Source of the DNA: Lama glama
Taxonomy: Eukaryota
Length of the DNA stretch: 64,000 nt
Assembly (NCBI GenBank): GCA_028534125.1
Contig: CM052841.1
Span: forward strand, 68,262,001 to 68,326,000
Reading direction: 5' to 3'
Shown: positions 1 through 23,200 of the stretch, piece by piece
Position numbering within the stretch: position 1 is the first letter of the stretch
Layout of the letters: every line of letters starts with the position of its first letter
Notes under the pieces: model-generated
Database searches by the model: none
The model's input: only the letters and a program-made list of their open reading frames with translations
What the model was told of the DNA's origin: nothing
Program-made: the position numbers and the translations under genes

Positions 1-504
1 TATTTGAGAAGCAAAGGGCCAGTTGTGGCCCAGGCCCACCTGGGGCCAGGTCTGGCCCAACGGGGAAGAGAAGGTGGGAGTGCCACCAGGCCCAAGGTCC
101 TTCTCCTGACCAGGGAAACGCCAGCCCTAGAGGACCGGGTCCACAGGGGCTCACCTGTGAGGACACACCGAGAGCTCAGGACCACATGTGCCTGCGAGGC
201 GAGGTCTGTGTTCTGTCCTGCCAGGGGCCCGAGCCCTGGGAGGCAGGGACAGCACGGCCACTTGTGCGGAATCCAAATGGGAGAGCAGAAGCCCTCATCT
301 CTCCAGTGGCTTCTGCCGCCATGCCCAGACAGCTCCCAGGCACTCGGCCCCAGCAGCATCTGACCCTCCAGAAAGCCCCCAGCCCCTCATCCCACAAGTT
401 CAGACTTGAAGGACCAGAGGGGATATGGCTTGTCCAGGAAGTTGCGGGAGCATGGGCTCGGGGTGGACTGTCCTGGCACAGTGTCTCTGCCACTCACCAC
501 TGCT

Positions 505-650
505 GTGTCCCGGGGGCCTCAATTTCCCCTCTTGACATGGGGGTAGCACTAAAGCGCGTCTCGCAGGAATGTTGTGAGAATCAAATAAGATAGTGCACAG
601 CGCATTCGGAATGGTGCCTCGTACATGCTGAGCAACTGATCCTTCAGTTA
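505..650 (+). mobile_element. MIR SINE fragment
   Basis: GCCTCAATTTCCCCTCTTGACATGGGG...GTTGTGAGAATCAAATAAGATAGTGCA...GGTGCCTCGTACA resembles the MIR core/3' consensus. Confidence 0.7.
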
Positions 651-785
651 CCGCCCATCCTCATCCCATGTGTCCCTACCACCAAGGGCAGGGGCCAGCA
701 AGAGACCCCTGCGAAGCTCTGGGGGTCTTGCCCCACCCCCATCACTTCTGTGGGAATCTCCTGGCCGAGGAGCAGTGCAGGCTGA

Positions 786-10555
<9,770 letters not shown>

Positions 10556-11700
10556 GACGCCCTGCCCGCCCTCCTCTGCCCCCCTCCCCCGCAGACAGAC
10601 AGACAGACGGACGGGACAGCGGCCCGGCCCACGCAGAGTCCCGGAGCACGACGGGGTCAGGGGAGGAGCGCCCCCCCAGCCTCCCCCAGGCTGCGCCCGC
10701 CTGCCTGCTGGTCGGCCGGCTGGCCGGTCCACCCGTCCCGGCCCCGCGCGTGCCCCCGAGNNNNNNNNNNNNNNNNNNNNNNNNNNNNNNNNNNNNNNNN
10801 NNNNNNNNNNNNNNNNNNNNNNNNNNNNNNNNNNNNNNNNNNNNNNNNNNNNNNNNNNNNNNNNNNNNNNNNNNNNNNNNNNNNNNNNNNNNNNNNNNNN
10901 NNNNNNNNNNNNNNNNNNNNNNNNNNNNNNNNNNNNNNNNAAGGCCCGAGGGAAGCCCACCCGCCAGAGACTGCCCACCCTGGGCCTCCCGTCCCTACAT
11001 CTGCCCTGCTGCTGGCCGGCAGCCCCTACTGGACTGAGGCACGGACCAGAGCGGCTGAGGACGGGCCAGAGCTGAGCGGGCTGGGCAGGGCCACAGGGCG
11101 CTCCGGCAGAGGCAGGGCCCTGGGGTCTCTGAGCAGTGGGGAGAGGGGCTGACTTGGCCCCAGGCGGAGGGGCTTGGAGCAGAGACTGAAGCCCCATCCT
11201 TCCCCCAGCCACCACCAGAGCCACAGTGGGGGCCCTTGGCCACCCCCTCCCACAGCACCCGCACCTCACCGCCTCGCTCCACCTCTCCTCTTCTTGCTCA
11301 CGCCCCTCCTCCGCCTGACCCCATCCTCCGAGCTTGCCCTGCCTTTCCCCTTCTGCAGACCCTGACCCTCCCCCCCAGCTGGCAGCCGCCTCCCAGGGGG
11401 TGCTCCAGCTCCCCATTGCCTCCCACCTTCTCTGGACTCTGCAAGGGCTGAGCCTTCTCTTTGCTTCCTCTGGCCTGCAGCCCAGGATGGGCTTCCCCAG
11501 ACGCTGGCGCAGGACTGTCCTCAGCCCTGCGCCCCACCTTGTACAGGCCCAGCCCCTCCCGTGTCCCGGCGCGTGCCTTCCCCCAGCAGCCTGTGTGCAG
11601 CCGCGGGCCACCCCTCTGCCCCAGGGGCCGGGCGCGCACCGCCCACCCCCGCCCCGACCCGGTGTGTGCAGTGGTGATGCCTAAAGGAATGTCACGAAAA
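10556..11700 (+). other. GRIN1: GRIN1 3' UTR (alternative C2' coding segment probably hidden in gap 10761-10940)
   Basis: Follows the stop codon; contains (CAGA)n-CGGACGGGACAG and ends ...GTGGTGATGCCTAAAGGAATGTCACG, resembling the recalled end of mammalian GRIN1 mRNA. Confidence 0.75.
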
Positions 11701-11787
11701 TTTCGATCTCTGTCGCTTGTTGATGCCTGCAGGGAGTGTGGAGGAGGACACGGGGTAGGGAAGGATTCGAGGGCAGCCGCGGCCTTC

Positions 11788-12855
11788 TCAGGCTTGGGCG
11801 GCGGCGTTCTCCGTGCTCCCAGGGTCCGCAGGCGAGGCCGGGCCGCGACCGGGATCCGGCAGTCTCCTCGGCCGGAGGCGGGCGGCGGCGGCGCGGCGCC
11901 GGCGGCGCGCGCGGCAGGCGGTGAACACGGAGCCCAGAGCCATGCAGGCAGCTAGGCTGGCGAGGAAGGAGACGGGCCCGAGCGCGTAGACCACGGCCAG
12001 GTCCCGCGGGGCAAGGGGCTGCCCGCAGTGGCTGAAGGCGGCTTCGGAGAAGGCGGTCAAGGGGCTGAGCGTCAGTCGCCCGGGCGACACGCAGAGCAGC
12101 GTCTCGGCCTCTGCGGGACACAGGCGCGGAGTCAGGCGGCGGCCGCGCAGTGGCCCGCCCCGGCCCGCGTTCGCCCCCAAGGGCTCACCTGGCGCGGGGC
12201 GCGGGTGCCTGCGCAGCCAGGCGCAGAGCGGGCGCAGCGCGCAGCCGCAGGCCCAGGGGTTGCCGCGCAGGCCCAGCGTGTTGAGAGCGGGCAGGCCGGC
12301 CAGCAGGCCGGGCGCGAGCGCAGACAAATCGTTATCCTGCAGGCTGAGCGCGCCCAGCAGCGGGAGCGCGCCTAGAGCCGCGGGCTCCAGGCGCGCCAGC
12401 TGGTTGTCCGCCAGCGAGAGGACGCGCAGCGCGCGCAGTGGCGCGAAGGTGCCGGGCACCAGCGTCTCCAGCTGATTGGCGCCGAGGTCGAGCTCCTGAA
12501 GCGCGCCCAGGCCCCAGAAAGCCCGCGCGTGCACCCAGCGCAGTCCGTTCTCTCGCAGGTCCAGGCGTAGCAGCGCGCCAGCGCCCACGAAGGCGCCAGG
12601 CGGCAGCGCGCGCACGCGGTTGTGGTCCAGCAGCAACGCGCGCACCGGCCGGCTCAGGCCCGCTGGCACGGCGAGCAGCGCTCGCCCCGAACAGTTGGCC
12701 TGGCCGTCTGGCGCGCACGCGCACGCCTCGGGGCAGTGAGGGGCGCCCTGAGTTCCCCAGTGGGCGGCCGCGGCAGGCGTCTGGGTCCAGACTGGCCACG
12801 GCGACAGCAGCAGCAGCAATAGCGGCCGCTGCGAGAGAAAGGAGGGTCTCCGCAT
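11788..12855 (-). CDS. LRRC26: Leucine-rich repeat protein 26, BK channel auxiliary gamma-1 subunit (329 aa)
   Basis: Exon 1 12855-12189, 78-nt intron, exon 2 12110-11788. Signal peptide, LRRNT (CPEACAC), LxxLxLxxN repeats, LRRCT (NPWACGC), TM helix, poly-Arg juxtamembrane tail. Confidence 0.96.
   Translation of the reverse strand: MRRPSFLSQRPLLLLLLSPWPVWTQTPAAAAHWGTQGAPHCPEACACAPDGQANCSGRALLAVPAGLSRPVRALLLDHNRVRALPPGAFVGAGALLRLDLRENGLRWVHARAFWGLGALQELDLGANQLETLVPGTFAPLRALRVLSLADNQLARLEPAALGALPLLGALSLQDNDLSALAPGLLAGLPALNTLGLRGNPWACGCALRPLCAWLRRHPRPAPGEPLGANAGRGGPLRGRRLTPRLCPAEAETLLCVSPGRLTLSPLTAFSEAAFSHCGQPLAPRDLAVVYALGPVSFLASLAACMALGSVFTACRARRRRRAAAARLRPRRLPDPGRGPASPADPGSTENAAAQA
12111..12188 (-). 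ncRNA. Candidate mirtron (LRRC26 intron; positional equivalent of human MIR3621)
   Basis: Short GC-rich intron GTGAG...CCGCAG with complementary arms (CGCGG/CCGCG, GGCGG/CCGCC). Human MIR3621 is recalled to occupy this intron. Confidence 0.4.
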
Positions 12856-13895
12856 GGGGGCAACAGTTGGAGGCCAGTTGCCTGCGTGTCCCCAGAGACC
12901 GTTCGTCCCGGCGGCGTTCGCACAAATGTTAACTCTCCAACCGGAGCACCCTCAGTTCCTGTCCCACGACTGGTCTCACGCCTAGGGCGGAGGCTGGGCA
13001 CCTAGCCAGCACCCGGCACTGCCAGCCACCTGTCCCAAAGCGCCAGGCTCCTCTTGGCTCCGTGCCAGCAGCAGCATGACTAGCCTCCACACCCCTCCTC
13101 ACCTGCTTGGTCCACCACCCAGTGCCCAGGTGAGGCCTGAGCAACTGGACCACACCAGCCCCTGCCCCTCACCTCCCAACGAACTCATGGATGCGACTGC
13201 AGAATGGAACACGGTGCACCCTGCTCCTCACCCCAACTCTGCCTGTCTCCAGCTTAGCAAAGTGATTCTAGCCAGTAGCTCCCACCAAGTAGCCCCCGCC
13301 TAGGGGTGGTCCGGTGCCCGTGGTGGGGATTGTTCAGGCACTAGCACAGGATGGGGGCCTGAGCCCAGGGGATAGGCTGTGGGTGGAGGGGGACTGCACA
13401 CCTGAGAAAGGGGAGATAGAGTCACATTGGCCCCACTCCGCCCTCCAAGGGCTCTCCCAGAACTTCAAGGAGATGGCACAGGTGGGATGGGGCACCAGCT
13501 TCCAAGTCCTTCTGTCAGATGCTTCTCCCTCTGGAGTCAGCAGAGCTGCAGGTACTGTCGTGGCACTTTGCTGGGGTGAGAGTGGGGGTGGGGTGGACAG
13601 GGACCCAGGGAGCCTGCCAACTTCATGGCACAAAGCAGCAGGAAGATGCAGAGAGGAGCTGGGCACAACAGAACAGGAGGAAATGGAAACACAGGGTGCG
13701 ACTCCCGGCCCTGGAGGGTGGACAGCAGGGGCCCAGCATAAGCACTGGGCACCCCCACTGAAGACCCAGGAGATGACCCAGGGGTGCGCAGCCCCCTCCC
13801 CCACCACAGGATGCATCTGCACAGGCGCAGGGAGGACAGCACAGAATCATTAAATATCATTTAATTTCCCATCCCCCAGTTGCCTGAAGCCCTAC

Positions 13896-14880
<985 letters not shown>

Positions 14881-17224
14881 GTCCAGCCCCCGGCCCCAGG
14901 CCATACCTCTGGACGGAACTTGTCGGAAGGCGCTGACCTCACAGTGGAGCTGTGAGGCAGGGAGGGTGGGGGCAGGGCCTCATCTGGTGCCTCAATGCCC
15001 TTAGGCCTAGGAGCCCTGGGCAGGCAGCCCTGGGGTAGGGCAGGTAGGGTGGATAGGGCGTCACTCTGGAGGGCTGCCCTGGCCTCCAGGGGAAGGCGCT
15101 TTGTGGTGAAGGGGCAGGGCCTGCACTTAGGCCCCCAGGCTCATGGAGGAAGTGGCCTGGAAACCCAGAGAGGTCCACAGTGGGCAACCCCAGGCCTTAG
15201 TTTCCCTGTCAGAATAAGGGCTGCAGCAGCTGAGGCAGGGCCTGGGGTCCTGCTATCTGTTGTCACCACCCATCCCCGAAGGCTGGACAAGCAGGGGCTG
15301 AGGGGCCCTGGAGGGGCCCGGGGCGGGCCTGCACCCGCTGCCCCCATGCTGGTCCCAGCGACGTTTCCAGAACACCCTGTAGGAGCAGGTGGCTCAGAAA
15401 TGGTTGCAGCCAGCAACTGAGGCTCTGGCTCAAGTGTGTCTTCACAGGGAGAGCCCACTGCCCCTCGGAGGTCTGTTTCTTGTGCCACTTCCCCTGACCA
15501 GGAAAGTGGTGCCCAGAGTCGCCACGGGCTGGCATGGTTGGGGTTAACCTAGCTCCTCCCTGCCTCCTCCCCTTTGAGGCCTCCTCCCTTGTCCCTAAGG
15601 ACATGCCAATCAAACCGCCTAGGCAGCAGGAGGAAATACCCGCCTTGTCCTCGCAGGGGATGGAGTTGGGGGAGGGTACAGCTGGGCCACAGCCAGTCCT
15701 CACCACTGGGGACCTCCCTGACTTTCACACAGGTGTCCTCTTCTGGTGGCAGTGCCTGGCACACCTCTGCACCTGTTGAGTGATGCTGTGACCTGAGACG
15801 CTGGGTTTTACCACACTCGCTCGCAAGCTGAGTCCAAAGGCCCAGGAGCCCGGGGGCTGGCACTGCCACCCTGCTAGGCCAGTCCAGCAGGTCTGCAACC
15901 TACTTAGGATGACAAAAGTACACTCAGCCCGGTACAGGCAGGAAGCCCCGCTTCTTGTAACCAGGGCACAGCCTGCCTCAGAAGAGATGGACAGGTGGAC
16001 CCCAAGGGAGAGAGCCATCGGCCTGTCCTCAGATTAGGCTACGTGCCTAACCCCTGCCACTTCCTCCTTCAACCCCACCCCCAGGCAGAATTCTCTGGAG
16101 TAAGAAGGAAAGGTCCTAGAAGCCAGACCGACACTAAGGGCCCCTGTGCAGAACAGGCCAAAGCGGAGAGGTGTGGGTGAGCACGGAGGAGAGGACTGGG
16201 GGCAGCGGGCGTGGCTCAGGTCTGGCAGCGCACCGAGGGCAGGAACAGGACAGTGGAGACACTCGTTCCAAGAGTTTTTGTCACCTGCAGGGACAGCACC
16301 ACCAGGACAGAGCGGTTCCCGCCAGACAAGCAAAGGTCTTGGCCACGGAGGCTGTGGCACCCAGCACAGCTCTGAAGGCCTCAGGCCTCGCAGAGCCAAC
16401 ACCTTCCCCACCTCTTGGGACCTCAGGGCGAGGGCAGTGCCAGGCCCCCAGTGCCGGCCTGGCAGGACCCTGCGCCCTGGACACAACAGGCCTGTGCAGC
16501 AGGACACCTTGTGCTGGGAACACTGAGGCCCCGGGCGTGCTTCCTGGCCCCACACTGAGAGGCGTGGAAGGAACTGGCCTTTCTGAAAGCTCACTTCATT
16601 TTAAGCCCTGAGCACCGCCACTGCTTGACACTAGCGCGGGACAGGTGGACAAACGCCTGGTCCCTCTCACCACAAGGTGAGTCCCAGGCAGCCCCTGGTG
16701 CTGGACATGAGAAGTTCTCACCAGGGGGTGCCTCATACGTGGTGATGGAGCTGAGTCCCAGCAGCAGCCTTGGGGCTCTCAGCCCAGCAAGTGGGCACCA
16801 GACCCTTAGGCCAGGCATAGGTCTCCTTTCAAAGGTCAGAAGGGTGAGGCTGGAGCAGGAGGCCCCTCTGGAGGGCAGCTCAGGAAGGTCTCCCAGGCAG
16901 CCAACCCACAGCAAGCTCCTGCCTGAGCCACCAGCCCGGCATGCGCCTTGGCTGGCTGGAGTGGCCTGGGAAAGCCACGTGCATGACTCCCAGTGGGAAG
17001 CCCAACACAAGTGTGCGGCTCCCCTCATCTGCCCCTGGGAGGGGGGGCAGGCTCTGCCAGCTTGACGTGGGAGAACCTCGGTCACGTGCCCACGAGGGGC
17101 CCACAAAGCCACCAGGACAGTGTAAGGATGAAGAACCACCTGCTTTACTCGGCACTCGGGGCTGCGCAGGATGTAGGGATGCCCCCGCCAGCGGGACCGG
17201 GCAGGGCAGGCCCCGCGGAGACGG

Positions 17225-20200
17225 TCAGCTGCAGTTCTTGGGCAGGCGGTAGACGCCGGCGGAGTAGACAAGCTGCTGGTCCCGCACCTTCTTCTGCAGG
17301 AAGGCCTGGAGCTCGGGCAGGTCGATCTCGGCCAGCGCGGGGCCGGTCACCACGAACATGCGCAGCATGCTGTACATGCGCTCCAGCGACAGGCTCTCCA
17401 GGTTGGTCAGCATGGCCTGGATATATGTCCAGAAGAGCTGTGGGGTACAGCGGCCAGGTTGGCTGCCACCTCAGCGCCCCGGCACCACTCCCTGACGCCC
17501 CACCCCCACGTCCCACCCGGCGCTCCGTCCCCCGCACCAGCAGCTCCTCCTCCTTCTGGTCGGCTTGGGAGGCCATGCCCGAGTCGCTCTCGTCGTCGCT
17601 GTCGATGAGCACCATGTTGTCCCGGTCCTGAGGCCGCTCTTCCTCCACCACCGAGAAGGTGCCGGCCGGCTCCTCGCGCAGCACGCCCTGCTGCAGCCAC
17701 ACTGACATGCGCCGCCGCAGCAGTGCCACGGGCATCTTCACCGCCTTGCTCAGCTCCTCCAGGGTCCAGCTGGCTGCGGGTAAGGGTGGGCACGCTGGGC
17801 GGGGCAGGGCCTCCCTCGGCCTCGCCAGCCCTGCTCAGCAGGACCCGCCCAGAAAGGGGCCTGGGAGGGGTGGCCCCAGGCCATCCGCCCTCTGCCAGAC
17901 ACTGAGCAGTGCCCTGGTGGGCTCACCTTGGTCCTGGAAGTACAGCAAGACCACTGCCTGCACAGGGGTGACAGCCACAGACAGGGTGCGGTCGGCCAGC
18001 TCCACATCCATGGTCACCAGGCCCAGGGTGTGCTTCCAGCTGAGCGTCCGCATGGCCTGCGGAGGGCCGGGGTTAGCACAGGCAGCTGGGCTGGGCTGGC
18101 TGAACTAGGCTTGGCTATGCAGCACCGGGTGAGCAAGGGGCTCCCTGACCTGCTTCCCCATCCCTGAGCAGGCAGGTGGACAGGCACATGGCGGGGCTCC
18201 AGTTCCCACATCCTTAACCAGCACAATCTACTGAGAGCCACTGTATCTCCGAAAGAGACGTCCACGTCTTAATCCCCAGGGCCTCAGAATGGGACCTGAC
18301 TTGGAAACAGGGTCTTTGCAGAGGCCATTAAGATGAGGTCACCCTGGAGTCACATTGGCTCTAATCTAATCCAATCGGTGCCCTTGTAAGAGGGTAGACG
18401 GTGTGCAGACAGACACAGGGAGACGGCAGCAGGGACTGGAGGGCCACAGGCACCACCAGAAGCTGGAAGAGGTGGGAAGGACTCGCCCACAGCCTCCAGG
18501 AGCAGAGCCCTGACACCCTGACGGCAGACTCCGGCCTCCAGAGCTAAGCGCCGTCTCAGCCGCCTGGTCAGTGGTACTTTGCTACAGTAGCTGCAGGGAA
18601 GTGGCACAGAACTCAGCCCTGGGAGGGGGCACTGCTGTACAGATAATACTTTTTTAAAAACCTGGAAGGGGCTGTGGTGGTGGAGGATTGGAAGAGGCCG
18701 GGAAAGTTTTGGGCCACGTGTTTGCAAGCCCAGGGTGCCCTCCTATTGGTACAAACACATGGTACAAATACATGTCATTCTCCTGAGGTCTGTTGAAACA
18801 AGAAACGTATCACTGGAAACTGGAGTAAAGCTGGCCCTTACTAAGAGGTGGAAGAGACCTGTTCTGTTGGGTGGAAAGCAGAACTTTCGAGGGATGGACT
18901 TGGATATTTGGCTGAGATTTCCAAGTAGAAAGTGGAAGGTGCAACCTGGTTTCTAACTGAAAGGGAAACCGAAGGAGCCGGTGAGCAAGAAGGAACCAGC
19001 ACCTGGTGATGTGGACCTTTGCCCACACGCTCCGTGGACAGAGCCAAGAGCGTGGTCCCAGTGGGGAGCCGTGTCCAGGTGACGCCAACCAGCAGTGTGC
19101 GGGAAGCTGGGACAGAGAGGGTCCATGAACAGTGTGAAAGCCCCAGTCTAGCAGACTGGGCACCGTGACCCATACAGAGGCCAACGAGGTTTCTGAGGAT
19201 TTCATGCCGCCCTGAACAGAAAGGGAGGGGTGGCGTGGCTCTAAGGGCAAAGCTGGGCCGCAAAGCTGAGTGGAAGTTCCTCCACTAGGTTTCAGGATTG
19301 CTTAGGCCTGGGGCCCTCTGTTCCCTTCCGGATTCTCCACGGGAGTGCCTGCCCCTCCACTGGACTTTGGAAGCAGAGAGATACTTGCCTGGCTTCACAG
19401 CTGAAGAACTGCATGCCAGTGCTCACACTGCCCCGACCCGGACGCTACTTAGGCGCTGAGCTGTGGGGCTCTGCGCTGGGGCTGCGACAGCTGACTTTTG
19501 GGGATGCTGAACTTGGCTAAGCGTACTTTGCATGTGAGAAGGACATGAATTTTGGAGGCCAGAGGGTGGACTCTGATGGGTTGAACTGTGACCTCTGAAG
19601 AAGAAAGTCCTAGTCCCCAGGCCGCGAACACCAGTGACCGTACTTGGAAATCGGGTCAGTACAGACGCAGTTAGTTAAGACGAAGTCTTAGGCGGGCAGA
19701 GTGGGCCCCCCTTCAAGTTACTGCTGGCCTGTCGGTAGAAGAGAGAAACCTGGACACAAAGATGCTGGGAGAGACCACGCGCCGAGAGGCCGGGGCTGCA
19801 GGGATGCGCCTACAAGCCAAGCGCGCTGGCGCCCCCCAGCAGCTGGAGGAGGAGCACGGCCCTGCCAGCACTTTGATCCCAGCCTTCTGGCTGCCAACAC
19901 CGAGACCATAAATTTCTGTGTTCTGAAGGCCTACCGGCATGGTGCTTAGCTGCGGCCACCCCCAGGACACAGACAGAGCCACTGGGCCGAGTGCCACTGA
20001 GTCCCTCCGCTAACCCGAACCCTAACCCTTAGGAGAAAGCAACAACCGACCCCGCTTTGCAGAAAGGGAAGGGAGGCCAGGCTGGAAGCCTGCCTGGGCC
20101 ATGAACAGGCACTCGAGCTCCAGGCCGCGCCCTCGACAACCGCCTCTCCAGGCTGCAGCAGGGCAGGTGCAAGGCCCAGTGGCGGACGACACGGCCCCCC

Positions 20201-23200
20201 ACACGCGTTCGGCACAGTCCTCAGGCCAGGAGCCCAGTTGGTGGGAGGCACAGGCACCCTGGCCACAGGCCCGCCCTCTCGGGGCCTCCCTGGGGCCTGC
20301 CCTGGCCACTCCAGCGTCCGGCTGGCGTTGAGACGAGGTGTGCTGGAGTGGCCGGCATGTCGGGTCCATCAGGCTGGGAAGTATGCCGTGTCTGAGATAG
20401 CACCAGAACCAGGGTCACACTCAGGCGGAAGCCAGCAGGGCCGCTCCCAGCAGGGGTGCTGGAGAGCAGAGGGAAGCCGCGTGCCAACAGGACAGCCAGA
20501 GGGCTGGGGGAGGGCACCGAGCATGGGTGGACCAGCCGCGTACCTATTCTCAACCAGGAAGAGGTGGGGAGCAGTGCTGAGGCCCCACAGAGGAGCTGCT
20601 CCGGGGGCGGGAGCAGGGGCAGGAAGCAGGGGGTGGCTGGGAGCCACCAGACTCTCAGAGGCTGCAGGCCAGCTCCTGCGGTCCTGCCACTGCCCCGCCT
20701 CCCCACCCCGGGGCCCCCCGCCCTTGCCTGTCACTGGAAGTAAGGCCACTCGAGGGACTGGCCGTCCTGTGCTCAGCCCTCCACCCTCAGACACTAGGTT
20801 CCTCAGCCTTCATAGCAGCTGCATCTAGACCCAGGGCCACCTCACAGCAAACCTCCAGAAGCTGTCACCCCTCCTGCAGCCAGGCCTGGCCTAGCCCCCA
20901 CCTGCTGCCTTCCTGGGGCTCCATCCCGAGGGCTCCCTGAGCCTCAGCTTCTGGCTCCTCACCTCCAGGGGTGTCCCAGGTCCCTCCAGGGCTCGGGATA
21001 TGCACCCTGCATACCTGTGGCTCCGTTCTCTGCTCGGGTGCCTTGCATCCCCTCAGGCCTGTGGCCTCTTGGGCCCTACACCCCACTCCTCAGACTAAAT
21101 GCCCCAGAACCTGCTTTTCCACCCGTCCCCAGAAACCTAAGACAGGTGTGCTGACTCCCTTCTCTCTCCCAACACTTCTCCACCGAAGCATCACCTGGAA
21201 GGAAAGGTCCTCTGTGCCACTGACCCCTGCCCATGCCAGGCTCCATCCGCCCACACCTCTTGCCTGGACCCCCTGCCCCGGGACTGCTGGGTTCGGCCCC
21301 GCCGGAGGGACAAGCAATAAACTCAGCCAATGGACCACCCTGAGCCCATGGCCCTGACCACCCACACACCCTGTGGCACTGCCCCTTCTCTCCTCCTCAC
21401 CAGAGCCTTGTGGCCCAGGGACCTGACAGCAGATGGCACAGTCCTGGTCCTTGAGTGTCCCGGGACCAGAAAGCTGCTTCCAGGGAAACAAGCCAGGGGA
21501 GGGGCAGGATGGGGATGGGCACAGAAGTCAAACACCTCAAGAGCAGCCTGGACGCACCCTGGACATGCCCTGGGCACATGCCAGATGGGCCCCCGCCCCT
21601 GACTCTCCCTCGGGAGAGCACAGCACCCCAGGCCCTGGTCCTGAGGTCAAGAGCGTGGACCGTGGAAGCAGCAGCCCGGGGGCAAGCCCACCCCAGTGCT
21701 TTTGGAGAGAAAGCGCAGGTGCACACACACTCCCAGGAGGGGAGGGGCGGCTGTGGGTGGCGTGCAGGACGCAGACACAGGGGAGGGACACCCAGTCAGG
21801 ACACGGGCCCGTCGGCCCCCTGGAGGCGCAGCAGTACCTTCAGCTTCTCGTATTTCTTGCAGTAGACGTCCAGGGCCTCCCTGATGTCCTCGGGGACCTC
21901 CAGCTTCTCATCCTTAAATGGCGGCCAGAACTCACTGGACAGGATGACGGCGTAGACCCCAAACGGCGGTTGCTCCTCCACAGGCCGCTTCTCGTCCTCC
22001 TCGCGAATGTTGGCATTGATGCGGCGCGAGTCCGCCATGTCCTGAGGGGGAGACCAGGCCTCCTGAAGGCTGGGCTGGTGGGGACGGAGACTGGGCAGTG
22101 GCAGGAGCCCAAAGAGCCCACCTTGAGCATGACCTCGCAGAAGTGCATCGGGGCCTCGCCGAAGCGCAGCTTCAGCAGCTCCACGTTGCGGATCTCCCTG
22201 GAAGGGTGCGTCTCTGAGGGCTGTGGCATGCCCTGTCCCCACCTGCACCTGCAGCAGTGCCTCACTGCCCTCCCCAGTGCAGGGATGCCCCTCGGCCAGG
22301 AGGAGAGCCAGGGAGCACCGCCCAGACCCAGCCTGCACATCCCTGGGCCCACTCCCTCCCCAGGAGGCCCGGATCGTCACCCACACCACTAGGGTGGCAG
22401 AGGGCAGCCCTCGGGACTGAAGGCCACACCTCGTCCAGACCCAGAGTGGCCTGTCGGGCCTTACCGCTCAGGGCTGAAGCTGAGCTGGTGCAGCAGGCGG
22501 TCAGCCAGCAGGGAGCGGTACTCATTGATGAAGAGGTCCTTGCTGCCGTAGATGCTGACCAGTAGGCTGATGATGTCGGAGGAGCGCCGCTTAGAGCTGG
22601 ACTTCCCTGCACAGCACAGGCACCACTGGCACCTCTCAGAGACAGAGGCAGCGCCATCTGTGCCCGGGGAGGGCCCGCCCAGCGCAGCCCATGAGGCCCA
22701 GGTCTGGATCCCAGGTTGGGGTGAGGGGGTGCACCGGCTGCCCTGAGATCTGCTCCTCCCCCAACCCCACGAAAGCAGCAGAGGCGGGTGGGGCAGGCAG
22801 GGTGCCCTCCTACAGGTCTGGACGGGGACACAGTCCACCACCACAGCACATGCAGCAACAAGCTGTAGACAACCCCCAACAGTCCAGAGCGCAGCAGGGC
22901 CGGCAGGCACTGACCTGGATCTGCATCCACAGGGTCAGGGACCCAGTCCTCTGGCTCACCAGAGTCATCCTCACTGTCCTGGCCGGTCTCCAGGCTGGCA
23001 GGGTCTGTCTTGGACAGCTCAACAGCCAAGTCCCCGGTCCCATCCGAGTCCCCGGTCAGCCCCGCCACAATCTGCCGCACCGTGTCCTCCCGTGTCCTGC
23101 CAAGTGTGACTCCTCACTGCCTGTCCCACCTGACCACACGACCCCACCTGACCCATGCAGCCAGCTCCGGTCAGCCACATGCTAACAGCAAGCCCGGTAG

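Noticed and set aside
20011-20033. Telomere-like TAACCC GAACCC TAACCC TTAGG
   Set aside because: Only about three imperfect units; compatible with chance.
21561-21583. p53-like element GGACATGCCC-TGG-GCACATGCCA in an ANAPC2 intron
   Set aside because: Second half-site has two mismatches and a spacer; insufficient without binding data.
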